From: Eledone cirrhosa
Taxonomy: Eukaryota
NCBI GenBank assembly: GCA_964016885.1
Contig: OZ024744.1
Coordinates: forward strand, 123,256,001 to 123,320,000
Reading direction: 5' to 3'
Length of the DNA: 64,000 bases
The notes beneath the pieces are model-generated. The model worked only from the letters and a program-made list of their open reading frames with translations, was not told the origin of the DNA and made no database searches. The position numbers and the translations under genes are program-made. Of this stretch, positions 43,601 to 58,088 are shown in pieces (positions within the stretch are counted from its first letter, which is position 1; each line of letters begins with the position of its first letter).

Positions 43601-45955
43601 CTAGTTAACACACAAGATAACAGTTTTACTAGTTAACTCTCAGCATAACAGTTTTACTAGTTAACTCGTAACATAACATTTTACTAGTTAACTATCAACA
43701 TAACATATATAGTATTACTAGTTAACTCTGCAAATAATAGTTTTACTAGTTAACTATCAACATAAGTTATATTTTTACTAGTTAACTCTCAACATAACAG
43801 TTTTGCTAGTTAACTATCAACATAACACTTTTACTAGTTAAGTACTAACATAACAGTTATAGTTTTACTAGTTAACTATCAACATAACAGTTTTACTAGT
43901 CAATTCTCAACATAACAGTTTTACTAGTTAACTCTCAGCATAAAAGTTTTACTAGTTAACTATCAACATAACAGTTTTAACAGATAACTATCAACATAAC
44001 AGTTATAGTTATACAAGTTACCTAATACCATGAGAGTTTTACTAGTTAACTATCGACATAACAGTTATAGATTTACTAGTTAACTATCAAGATAGTAGTT
44101 TTACTAGTTAACTCTCAACATAACAATTTTACTAGTTAACTCGCAACATAACAGTTTTACTAGTTAACTCGCAGCATAACACTTTTGCTAGTTAACTATC
44201 AACATAACAGTTATAGATTTACTAATTAACTCTCAACATAACAGTATACTAGTTAACTCTCAGCATAACAGCTTTACTAGATAACTATCAACATAACAGT
44301 TTTACTATTTAACTATCAACATAACAGATAGTTTTACTGGTTAACTCTCAACATAACAGTTTTACTAGTTAACTCTCAACATAGAAATGTTACTAGTTAA
44401 CCCGCAACATAACAGTTTTGCTAGTTAACTATCAACATAACAGTCATAGTTTTACTAATTAACTCTCAACATAACAGTTTTACTAGTTAACTCTCAGCAT
44501 AACAGCTTTACTAGTTAATTATACACATAACAGTTTTACTATTTAACTATCAACATAACAGATAGTTTTACTGGTTAACTCTCAACATAACTATTTGACT
44601 AGTTAACTATCAACATAAGTGTTATAGTTTTACTAGGTAACTATCAACATAGTAGTTTTACTAGTTAACTCTCAACATAACAGTTTTACTAGTTAACTCG
44701 CAACGTAACAGTTTTACTAGTTAACTCTCAACATAACAGTTTTACTAGTTAACTCTCAGCATAAAACTTTTGCTAGTTAACTATCAATATAACAGTTTTA
44801 CTAGTTAACTATAAACATAACATTTATAGTTTTACTAGTTAACTATCAACATAACAGTTATAGTTTTACTAGTTAACTCTCAACATAAAAGTTATACTAG
44901 TTAACTCTCAATATTAGTTTTACTAGTTAACTCACAACATAACAATTTTAGAAGTTAACTCTCAGCGTATCAATTTTGCTAGTTAACTATCAACATAATA
45001 GTTGTACTAGTTAACTATCAACATAACAGTTATAGTTTTAGTAGTTAATTATCAACATAACAGTTTTACTAGTTAACTCACAATATAACAGTTTTACTAG
45101 TTAACTATCAGCATAACAGTTTTACTAGTTAACTATCAACATAACAATTTTACTAGTTAACTCTCAACATAACAGTTTTACTAGTTACCTCTCAGCATAA
45201 CAGTTTTGCTAGTTAACTATCAACATAACAGTTATAGATTTACTGGTTAACTATCAACATAACAGTTTTACTAGTTAACTATCAACATAACAGTTATAGG
45301 TTTACTAGTTACATATCAACATAACAGTTTTACTAGTTAACTCTCAACATAACAGTTTTACTAGTTAACTGTCAGCATAAAACTTTTGCTAGTTAACTAT
45401 CAATATAACAGTTTTACTAGTTAATTATACACATAACATTTATAGTTTTACTAGTTAACTATCAACATAACAGTTATAGTTTTACTAGTTAACTCTCAAC
45501 ATAAAAGTTATACTAGTTAACTCTCAATATTAGTTTTACTAGTTAACACACAACATAACAATTTTAGAAGTTAACTCTCAGCGTATCAATTTTGCTAGTT
45601 AACTATCAACATAATAGTTGTACTAGTTAACTATCAACATAACAGTTATAGTTTTACTAGTTAATTATCAACATAACAGTTTTACTAGTTAACTCTCAAC
45701 ATAACAGTTTTACTAGTTACCTCTCAGCATAACAGTTTTGCTAGTTAAATATCAACATAACAGTTATAGATTTACTAGTTAACTATCAACATAACAGTTT
45801 TACTAGTTAACTCACAATATAACAGTTTTACTAGTTAACTCACCACATAAAGGTTTTACTAGTTAACTATCAACATAAAAGATAGTTTTACTAGCTAACT
45901 ATCAACATAACAGTTATAGTTTTACTAGTTAGCAATCAACATAGCAGTTTTACTA
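34673..45955. repeat. Chimeric interval (11,283 bp): nearly complete short unit (34673-40620) joined to the distal part of a long variant unit (40621-45955)
   Basis: At 40621 the sequence jumps from ...CACAATATAACAGTTTTACTAGTTAACTC to TCAAGATAATAATTTT (equivalent to 23239) instead of the usual ACCACATAAAGG. Confidence 0.88.
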
Positions 45956-48900
45956 GTTAACTATCAACATAACAGTTATAGGTTTACTAGTTACATATCA
46001 ACATAACAGTTTTATTAGTTAAATCTCAACATAAGTTTTACTAGTTAACTCTCAAGATAACAGTTTTACTAGTTAACTAGTAACATAACATTTTACTAGT
46101 TAACTGTCAACATAACAGATATAGTTTTACTAATTAACTCTGAACATAACAGTTTTACTAGTTAACTATCAACATAACAGTTATAGTTTTACTAGTTAAC
46201 TCTCAACATAATAGTTTTACTAGTTAACTGGCAACATAACAGTTTTACTAGTTAAATCTCAACATAACAGTTTTGCTAGTTAACTCTCATGATAACAGTT
46301 TTGCTATTTAACTTTCAACATAACAGTTTTACTAGTTAACTCTCAACATAACAGTTTTACTAGTTAATTCTCAGCATAACAGTTTTGCCAGTTAACTATC
46401 AACATAAAAGTTATAGTTTTACTAGTTAACTATACACATAACAGTTTTACTAGTTAACTCACAATATAACAGTTTTGCTAGTTAACTATCAACATAACAG
46501 TTTTACGAGTTAAATATCAACATAATTAGTTTTACTAGTTAACTATCAACATAACAGATATAGTTTTACTAGCTAATTATCAACATAACAGTTATAGTTT
46601 TACTAGTTAACTATCAACATAGTATTTTTTTACTACCTAACTCTCAACATAACAGTTTTATTAGTTAACTCTCAACATAAAAGTTTTACTATTTAACTCG
46701 CAACATAAGAGTTTTCCTAGTTAACTCGCAACAACAGTTTTACGACTTAACTCTCAGCATAAAGTTTTACTAGTTAACTATCAACATAACAGTTTTACTA
46801 GTTAACTATCAACATAACAGCTATAGATTTACTAGTTAACTATCAACATAACAGTTTTACTAGTTAACTCACAATATAACAGTTTTACTAGTTAACTCTC
46901 AGCATAAAGGTTTTACTAGTTAACTCTCAGCATAACAGTTTTGTTAGTTAACTATCACCATGAGAGTTTTACTAGTTAACTATCAACATAAAAGATATAG
47001 TTTTACTAGCTATCAACATAACAGTTATAGTTTTACTAGTTAACAATCAACATAGCAGTTTTACCAGTTAACTATCAACATAACGGTTATAGTTTTACTA
47101 GTTACATAGCAGAACAGTTTTATTAGTTAACTCTCAACATAACAGTTTTACTAGTTACCTCTCAAGATAACAGTTTTACTAGTTAACTCTCAGCATAACA
47201 GTTTTACTAGTTAACTATCAACATAACAGTTTTATTAGTTAACTCGTAACATAACATTTTACTAGTTAACTATCAACATAACAGATATAGAATTACTAGT
47301 TAACTCTGAACATAACAGTTTTACTAGTTAACTATCAACATAACAGTTAGTTTTACTAGTTAACTCTCAACATAATAGTTTTACTAGTTAACTCGCAACA
47401 TAACAGTTTTACTAGTTAACTCTCAACATAACAGTTTTACTAGTTAACTCTCAAAATAACAGTTTTGCTATTTAACTTTCAACATAACAGTTTTACTAGT
47501 TAACTATCAACATAACAGTTTTACTAGTTAACTATCAACATAACAGTTATGGTTTTACTAATTACATATCAACATAACAGTTTTACTAGTTAACTCACAA
47601 GATAACAGTTTTACTAGTTAACTCTCAGCATAACAGTTTTACTAGTTAACTCGTAACATAACATTTTACTAGTTAACTATCAACATAACATATATAGTTT
47701 TACTAGTTAACTTTGCAAATAATAGTTTTACTAGTTAACTATCAACATAACAGTTATAGTTTTACTAGTTAACTATCAACATAACAGTTTTACTAGCCAA
47801 CTCTCAACATAACAGTTTTACTAGTTAACTCTCAGCATAAAAGTTTTACTAGTTAACTATCAACATAACAGTTTTAACAGATAACTATCAACATAACAGT
47901 TATAGTTATACAAGTTACCTAATACCATGAGAGTTTTACTAGTTAACTATCGACATAACAGTTATAGATTTACTAGTTAACTATCAAGATAGTAGTTTTA
48001 CTAGTTAACTCTCAACATAACAATTTTACTAGTTAACTCGCAACATAACAGTTTTACTAGTTAACTCGCAGCATAACACTTTTGCTAGTTAACTATCAAC
48101 ATAACAGTTATAGATTTACTAATTAACTCTCAACATAACAGTATACTAGTTAACTCTCAGCATAACAGCTTTACTAGATAACTATCAACATAACAGTTTT
48201 ACTATTTAACTATCAACATAACAGATAGTTTTACTGGTTAACTCTCAACATAACAGTTTTACTAGTTAACTCTCAACATAGAAATGTTACTAGTTAACTC
48301 GCAACATAACAGTTTTACTAGTTAACCCGCAACATAACAGTTTTGCTAGTTAACTATCAACATAACAGTCATAGTTTTACTAATTAACTCTCAACATAAC
48401 AGTTTTACTAGTTAACTCTCAGCATAACAGTTTTACTATTTAACTATCAACATAACAGATAGTTTTACTGGTTAACTCTCAACATAACAGTTTCAATAGT
48501 TAACTATCAACATAACAGTCATAATTTTACTAGGTAACTATCAACAAAGTAGTTTTACTAGTTAACTCTCAACATAACAGTTTTATTAGTTAAGTCTCAG
48601 CATAACAGCTTTACTAGTTGATTATCAACATAACAGTTTCACTAGTTAACTATCAACATAACAGTTTTACTAGTTAACTATCAACATAACAGTTTTACTA
48701 GTTAACTCTGAACATAACAGTTTTATTAGTTAACTATCAACATAACAGTTATAGTTTTAATAGTTAACTCTCAACATAACAGTTTTACTAGTTAACTCGC
48801 AACGTAACAGTTTTACTGGTTAACTCTCAACATAACAGTTTTACTAGTTAACTATCAGCATAAAAGCTTTGATAGTTAACTATCAACATAAAAGTTTTAA

Positions 48901-51900
48901 TAGTTAACTATCAACATAACAGTTATAGTATTACGAGTTAACTCTCAACATAGTAGTTTTACTAGTTAACTCTCTGCATAACAGCTTTACTAGCTAACTA
49001 TCAACATAACAGTTTTACTATTTAACTATCAACATAACAGATAGTTTTACTGGTTAACTCTCAACATAACTATTTGACTAGTTAACTATCAACATAAGTG
49101 TTATAGTTTTACTAGGTAACTATCAACATAGTAGTTTTACTAGTTAACTCTCAACATAACAGTTTTACTAGTTAACTCGCAACGTAACAGTTTTACTAGT
49201 TAACTATCAACATAATTAGTTTTACTAGCTAACTATCAACATAACAGATATAGTTTTACTAGTTAACTATCAACATAGTATTTTTTACTACGTAACTCTC
49301 AACATAACAGTTTTACTAGTTAACTCTCAACATAAAAGTTTTACTATTTAACTAGCAACATAAGAGTTTTACTAGTTAACTCGCAACATAACAGTTTTAC
49401 GTGTTAACTCTCAGCATAACAGTTATAGATGTACTAGTTAACTATCAACATAAAAGATATAGTTTTACTAGCTATCAACATAAGTTATAGTTTTACTAGT
49501 TAGCAATCAACATAGCAGTTTTACTAGTTAACTATCAACATAACAGTTATGGTTTTACTAATTACATATCAACATAACAGTTTTACTAGTTAACACACAA
49601 GATAACAGTTTTACTAGTTAACTCTCAGCATAACAGTTTTACTAGTTAACTCGTAACATAACATTTTACTAGTTAACTATCAACATAACATATATAGTAT
49701 TACTAGTTAACTCTGCAAATAATAGTTTTACTAGTTAACTATCAACATAACAGTTATATTTTTACTAGTTAACTCTCAACATAACAGTTTTGCTAGTTAA
49801 CTATCAACATAACACTTTTACTAGTTAAGTACTAACATAACAGTTATAGTTTTACTAGTTAACTATCAACATAACAGTTTTACTAGTCAATTCTCAACAT
49901 AACAGTTTTACTAGTTAACTCTCAGCATAAAAGTTTTACTAGTTAACTATCAACATAACAGTTTTAACAGATAACTATCAACATAACAGTTATAGTTATA
50001 CAAGTTACCTAATACCATGAGAGTTTTACTAGTTAACTATCGACATAACAGTTATAGATTTACTAGTTAACTATCAAGATAGTAGTTTTACTAGTTAACT
50101 CTCAACATAACAATTTTACTAGTTAACTCGCAACATAACAGTTTTACTAGTTAACTCGCAGCATAACACTTTTGCTAGTTAACTATCAACATAACAGTTA
50201 TAGATTTACTAATTAACTCTCAACATAACAGTATACTAGTTAACTCTCAGCATAACAGCTTTACTAGATAACTATCAACATAACAGTTTTACTATTTAAC
50301 TATCAACATAACAGATAGTTTTACTGGTTAACTCTCAACATAACAGTTTTACTAGTTAACTCTCAACATAGAAATGTTACTAGTTAACCCGCAACATAAC
50401 AGTTTTGCTAGTTAACTATCAACATAACAGTCATAGTTTTACTAATTAACTCTCAACATAACAGTTTTACTAGTTAACTCTCAGCATAACAGCTTTACTA
50501 GTTAATTATACACATAACAGTTTTACTATTTAACTATCAACATAACAGATAGTTTTACTGGTTAACTCTCAACATAACTATTTGACTAGTTAACTATCAA
50601 CATAAGTGTTATAGTTTTACTAGGTAACTATCAACATAGTAGTTTTACTAGTTAACTCTCAACATAACAGTTTTACTAGTTAACTCGCAACGTAACAGTT
50701 TTACTAGTTAACTCTCAACATAACAGTTTTACTAGTTAACTCTCAGCATAAAACTTTTGCTAGTTAACTATCAATATAACAGTTTTACTAGTTAACTATA
50801 AACATAACATTTATAGTTTTACTAGTTAACTATCAACATAACAGTTATAGTTTTACTAGTTAACTCTCAACATAAAAGTTATACTAGTTAACTCTCAATA
50901 TTAGTTTTACTAGTTAACTCACAACATAACAATTTTAGAAGTTAACTCTCAGCGTATCAATTTTGCTAGTTAACTATCAACATAATAGTTGTACTAGTTA
51001 ACTATCAACATAACAGTTATAGTTTTAGTAGTTAATTATCAACATAACAGTTTTACTAGTTAACTCACAAAATAACAGTTTTACTAGTTAACTATCAGCA
51101 TAACAGTTTTACTAGTTAACTATCAACATAACAATTTTACTAGTTAACTCTCAACATAACAGTTTTACTAGTTACCTCTCAGCATAACAGTTTTGCTAGT
51201 TAACTATCAACATAACAGTTATAGATTTACTGGTTAACTATCAACATAACAGTTTTACTAGTTAACTATCAACATAACAGTTATAGGTTTACTAGTTACA
51301 TATCAACATAACAGTTTTACTAGTTAACTCTCAACATAACAGTTTTACTAGTTAACTGTCAGCATAAAACTTTTGCTAGTTAACTATCAATATAACAGTT
51401 TTACTAGTTAATTATACACATAACATTTATAGTTTTACTAGTTAACTATCAACATAACAGTTATAGTTTTACTAGTTAACTCTCAACATAAAAGTTATAC
51501 TAGTTAACTCTCAATATTAGTTTTACTAGTTAACACACAACATAACAATTTTAGAAGTTAACTCTCAGCGTATCAATTTTGCTAGTTAACTATCAACATA
51601 ATAGTTGTACTAGTTAACTATCAACATAACAGTTATAGTTTTACTAGTTAATTATCAACATAACAGTTTTACTAGTTAACCCACAATATAACAGTTTTAC
51701 TAGTTAACTATCAGCATAACAGTTTTACTAGTTAACTATCAACATAACAATTTTACTAGTTAACTCTCAACATAACAGTTTTACTAGTTACCTCTCAGCA
51801 TAACAGTTTTGCTAGTTAAATATCAACATAACAGTTATAGATTTACTAGTTAACTATCAACATAACAGTTTTACTAGTTAACTCACAATATAACAGTTTT

Positions 51901-52026
51901 ACTAGTTAACTCACCACATAAAGGTTTTACTAGTTAACTATCAACATAAAAGATAGTTTTACTAGCTAACTATCAACATAACAGTTATAGTTTTACTAGT
52001 TAGCAATCAACATAGCAGTTTTACTA
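45956..52026. repeat. HOR unit, short type (6,071 bp)
   Basis: Marker CC at 46636 and 52707; counterpart of 28602-34672 at offset 17,354. Confidence 0.9.
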
Positions 52027-55000
52027 GTTAACTATCAACATAACAGTTATAGGTTTACTAGTTACATATCAACATAACAGTTTTATTAGTTAAATCTCAA
52101 CATAAGTTTTACTAGTTAACTCTCAAGATAACAGTTTTACTAGTTAACTAGTAACATAACATTTTACTAGTTAACTATCAACATAACAGATATAGTTTTA
52201 CTAATTAACTCTGAACATAACAGTTTTACTAGTTAACTATCAACATAACAGTTATAGTTTTACTAGTTAACTCTCAACATAATAGTTTTACTAGTTAACT
52301 GGCAACATAACAGTTTTACTAGTTAAATCTCAACATAACAGTTTTGCTAGTTAACTCTCATGATAACAGTTTTGCTATTTAACTTTCAACATAACAGTTT
52401 TACTAGTTAACTCTCAACATAACAGTTTTACTAGTTAATTCTCAGCATAACAGTTTTGCCAGTTAACTATCAACATAAAAGTTATAGTTTTACTAGTTAA
52501 CTATACACATAACAGTTTTACTAGTTAACTCACAATATAACAGTTTTGCTAGTTAACTATCAACATAACAGTTTTACGAGTTAAATATCAACATAATTAG
52601 TTTTACTAGTTAACTATCAACATAACAGATATAGTTTTACTAGCTAATTATCAACATAACAGTTATAGTTTTACTAGTTAACTATCAACATAGTATTTTT
52701 TTACTACCTAACTCTCAACATAACAGTTTTATTAGTTAACTCTCAACATAAAAGTTTTACTATTTAACTCGCAACATAAGAGTTTTCCTAGTTAACTCGC
52801 AACAACAGTTTTACGACTTAACTCTCAGCATAAAGTTTTACTAGTTAACTATCAACATAACAGTTTTACTAGTTAACTATCAACATAACAGCTATAGATT
52901 TACTAGTTAACTATCAACATAACAGTTTTACTAGTTAACTCACAATATAACAGTTTTACTAGTTAACTCTCAGCATAAAGGTTTTACTAGTTAACTCTCA
53001 GCATAACAGTTTTGTTAGTTAACTATCACCATGAGAGTTTTACTAGTTAACTATCAACATAAAAGATATAGTTTTACTAGCTATCAACATAACAGTTATA
53101 GTTTTACTAGTTAACAATCAACATAGCAGTTTTACCAGTTAACTATCAACATAACGGTTATAGTTTTACTAGTTACATAGCAGAACAGTTTTATTAGTTA
53201 ACTCTCAACATAACAGTTTTACTAGTTACCTCTCAAGATAACAGTTTTACTAGTTAACTCTCAGCATAACAGTTTTACTAGTTAACTATCAACATAACAG
53301 TTTTATTAGTTAACTCGTAACATAACATTTTACTAGTTAACTATCAACATAACAGATATAGAATTACTAGTTAACTCTGAACATAACAGTTTTACTAGTT
53401 AACTATCAACATAACAGTTAGTTTTACTAGTTAACTCTCAACATAATAGTTTTACTAGTTAACTCGCAACATAACAGTTTTACTAGTTAACTCTCAACAT
53501 AACAGTTTTACTAGTTAACTCTCAAAATAACAGTTTTGCTATTTAACTTTCAACATAACAGTTTTACTAGTTAACTATCAACATAACAGTTTTACTAGTT
53601 AACTATCAACATAACAGTTATGGTTTTACTAATTACATATCAACATAACAGTTTTACTAGTTAACTCACAAGATAACAGTTTTACTAGTTAACTCTCAGC
53701 ATAACAGTTTTACTAGTTAACTCGTAACATAACATTTTACTAGTTAACTATCAACATAACATATATAGTTTTACTAGTTAACTTTGCAAATAATAGTTTT
53801 ACTAGTTAACTATCAACATAACAGTTATAGTTTTACTAGTTAACTATCAACATAACAGTTTTACTAGCCAACTCTCAACATAACAGTTTTACTAGTTAAC
53901 TCTCAGCATAAAAGTTTTACTAGTTAACTATCAACATAACAGTTTTAACAGATAACTATCAACATAACAGTTATAGTTATACAAGTTACCTAATACCATG
54001 AGAGTTTTACTAGTTAACTATCGACATAACAGTTATAGATTTACTAGTTAACTATCAAGATAGTAGTTTTACTAGTTAACTCTCAACATAACAATTTTAC
54101 TAGTTAACTCGCAACATAACAGTTTTACTAGTTAACTCGCAGCATAACACTTTTGCTAGTTAACTATCAACATAACAGTTATAGATTTACTAATTAACTC
54201 TCAACATAACAGTATACTAGTTAACTCTCAGCATAACAGCTTTACTAGATAACTATCAACATAACAGTTTTACTATTTAACTATCAACATAACAGATAGT
54301 TTTACTGGTTAACTCTCAACATAACAGTTTTACTAGTTAACTCTCAACATAGAAATGTTACTAGTTAACTCGCAACATAACAGTTTTACTAGTTAACCCG
54401 CAACATAACAGTTTTGCTAGTTAACTATCAACATAACAGTCATAGTTTTACTAATTAACTCTCAACATAACAGTTTTACTAGTTAACTCTCAGCATAACA
54501 GTTTTACTATTTAACTATCAACATAACAGATAGTTTTACTGGTTAACTCTCAACATAACAGTTTCAATAGTTAACTATCAACATAACAGTCATAATTTTA
54601 CTAGGTAACTATCAACAAAGTAGTTAACTCTCAACATAACAGTTTTATTAGTTAAGTCTCAGCATAACAGCTTTACTAGTTGATTATCAACATAACAGTT
54701 TCACTAGTTAACTATCAACATAACAGTTTTACTAGTTAACTATCAACATAACAGTTTTACTAGTTAACTCTGAACATAACAGTTTTATTAGTTAACTATC
54801 AACATAACAGTTATAGTTTTAATAGTTAACTCTCAACATAACAGTTTTACTAGTTAACTCGCAACGTAACAGTTTTACTGGTTAACTCTCAACATAACAG
54901 TTTTACTAGTTAACTATCAGCATAAAAGCTTTGATAGTTAACTATCAACATAAAAGTTTTAATAGTTAACTATCAACATAACAGTTATAGTATTACGAGT

Positions 55001-58000
55001 TAACTCTCAACATAGTAGTTTTACTAGTTAACTCTCTGCATAACAGCTTTACTAGCTAACTATCAACATAACAGTTTTACTATTTAACTATCAACATAAC
55101 AGATAGTTTTACTGGTTAACTCTCAACATAACTATTTGACTAGTTAACTATCAACATAAGTGTTATAGTTTTACTAGGTAACTATCAACATAGTAGTTTT
55201 ACTAGTTAACTCTCAACATAACAGTTTTACTAGTTAACTCGCAACGTAACAGTTTTACTAGTTAACTATCAACATAATTAGTTTTACTAGCTAACTATCA
55301 ACATAACAGATATAGTTTTACTAGTTAACTATCAACATAGTATTTTTTACTACGTAACTCTCAACATAACAGTTTTACTAGTTAACTCTCAACATAAAAG
55401 TTTTACTATTTAACTAGCAACATAAGAGTTTTACTAGTTAACTCGCAACATAACAGTTTTACGTGTTAACTCTCAGCATAACAGTTATAGATGTACTAGT
55501 TAACTATCAACATAAAAGATATAGTTTTACTAGCTATCAACATAAGTTATAGTTTTACTAGTTAGCAATCAACATAGCAGTTTTACTAGTTAACTATCAA
55601 CATAACAGTTATGGTTTTACTAATTACATATCAACATAACAGTTTTACTAGTTAACACACAAGATAACAGTTTTACTAGTTAACTCTCAGCATAACAGTT
55701 TTACTAGTTAACTCGTAACATAACATTTTACGAGTTAACTATCAACATAACATATATAGTATTACTAGTTAACTCTGCAAATAATAGTTTTACTAGTTAA
55801 CTATCAACATAACAGTTATATTTTTACTAGTTAACTCTCAACATAACAGTTTTGCTAGTTAACTATCAACATAACACTTTTACTAGTTAAGTACTAACAT
55901 AACAGTTATAGTTTTACTAGTTAACTATCAACATAACAGTTTTACTAGTCAATTCTCAACATAACAGTTTTACTAGTTAACTCTCAGCATAAAAGTTTTA
56001 CTAGTTAACTATCAACATAACAGTTTTAACAGATAACTATCAACATAACAGTTATAGTTATACAAGTTACCTAATACCATGAGAGTTTTACTAGTTAACT
56101 ATCGACATAACAGTTATAGATTTACTAGTTAACTATCAAGATAGTAGTTTTACTAGTTAACTCTCAACATAACAATTTTACTAGTTAACTCGCAACATAA
56201 CAGTTTTACTAGTTAACTCGCAGCATAACACTTTTGCTAGTTAACTATCAACATAACAGTTATAGATTTACTAATTAACTCTCAACATAACAGTATACTA
56301 GTTAACTCTCAGCATAACAGCTTTACTAGATAACTATCAACATAACAGTTTTACTATTTAACTATCAACATAACAGATAGTTTTACTGGTTAACTCTCAA
56401 CATAACAGTTTTACTAGTTAACTCTCAACATAGAAATGTTACTAGTTAACCCGCAACATAACAGTTTTGCTAGTTAACTATCAACATAACAGTCATAGTT
56501 TTACTAATTAACTCTCAACATAACAGTTTTACTAGTTAACTCTCAGCATAACAGCTCTACTAGTTAATTATACACATAACAGTTTTACTATTTAACTATC
56601 AACATAACAGATAGTTTTACTGGTTAACTCTCAACATAACTATTTGACTAGTTAACTATCAACATAAGTGTTATAGTTTTACTAGGTAACTATCAACATA
56701 GTAGTTTTACTAGTTAACTCTCAACATAACAGTTTTACTAGTTAACTCGCAACGTAACAGTTTTACTAGTTAACTCTCAACATAACAGTTTTACTAGTTA
56801 ACTCTCAGCATAAAACTTTTGCTAGTTAACTATCAATATAACAGTTTTACTAGTTAACTATAAACATAACATTTATAGTTTTACTAGTTAACTATCAACA
56901 TAACAGTTATAGTTTTACTAGTTAACTCTCAACATAAAAGTTATACTAGTTAACTCTCAATATTAGTTTTACTAGTTAACTCACAACATAACAATTTTAG
57001 AAGTTAACTCTCAGCGTATCAATTTTGCTAGTTAACTATCAACATAATAGTTGTACTAGTTAACTATCAACATAACAGTTATAGTTTTAGTAGTTAATTA
57101 TCAACATAACAGTTTTACTAGTTAACTCACAATATAACAGTTTTACTAGTTAACTATCAGCATAACAGTTTTACTAGTTAACTATCAACATAACAATTTT
57201 ACTAGTTAACTCTCAACATAACAGTTTTACTAGTTACCTCTCAGCATAACAGTTTTGCTAGTTAACTATCAACATAACAGTTATAGATTTACTGGTTAAC
57301 TATCAACATAACAGTTTTACTAGTTAACTATCAACATAACAGTTATAGGTTTACTAGTTACATATCAACATAACAGTTTTACTAGTTAACTCTCAACATA
57401 ACAGTTTTACTAGTTAACTGTCAGCATAAAACTTTTGCTAGTTAACTATCAATATAACAGTTTTACTAGTTAATTATACACATAACATTTATAGTTTTAC
57501 TAGTTAACTATCAACATAACAGTTATAGTTTTACTAGTTAACTCTCAACATAAAAGTTATACTAGTTAACTCTCAATATTAGTTTTACTAGTTAACACAC
57601 AACATAACAATTTTAGAAGTTAACTCTCAGCGTATCAATTTTGCTAGTTAACTATCAACATAATAGTTGTACTAGTTAACTATCAACATAACAGTTATAG
57701 TTTTACTAGTTAATTATCAACATAACAGTTTTACTAGTTAACCCACAATATAACAGTTTTACTAGTTAACTATCAGCATAACAGTTTTACTAGTTAACTA
57801 TCAACATAACAATTTTACTAGTTAACTCTCAACATAACAGTTTTACTAGTTACCTCTCAGCATAACAGTTTTGCTAGTTAAATATCAACATAACAGTTAT
57901 AGATTTACTAGTTAACTATCAACATAACAGTTTTACTAGTTAACTCACAATATAACAGTTTTACTAGTTAACTCACCACATAAAGGTTTTACTAGTTAAC

Positions 58001-58088
58001 TATCAACATAAAAGATAGTTTTACTAGCTAACTATCAACATAACAGTTATAGTTTTACTAGTTAGCAATCAACATAGCAGTTTTACTA
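52027..58088. repeat. HOR unit, short type (6,062 bp; carries a 9-bp deletion)
   Basis: Marker CC at 52707 and 58769; 9-bp deletion near 54,620. Confidence 0.9.

Larger units (their letters stand above)
23239..57974. repeat. Tandem segmental duplication within the array: 23239-40620 (17,382 bp) and 40621-57974 (17,354 bp)
   Basis: Rare variants pair at offset 17,354: AGTTATATTT 26411/43765, TGTCAACATA 28751/46105, 9-bp deletion ACAAAGTAGTTAAC 37261/54615, HindIII 25525/42879, 31510/48864 and 37572/54926. There is a novel junction at 40620/40621, and copy 2 lacks one 28-mer near 41,400. Confidence 0.9.
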
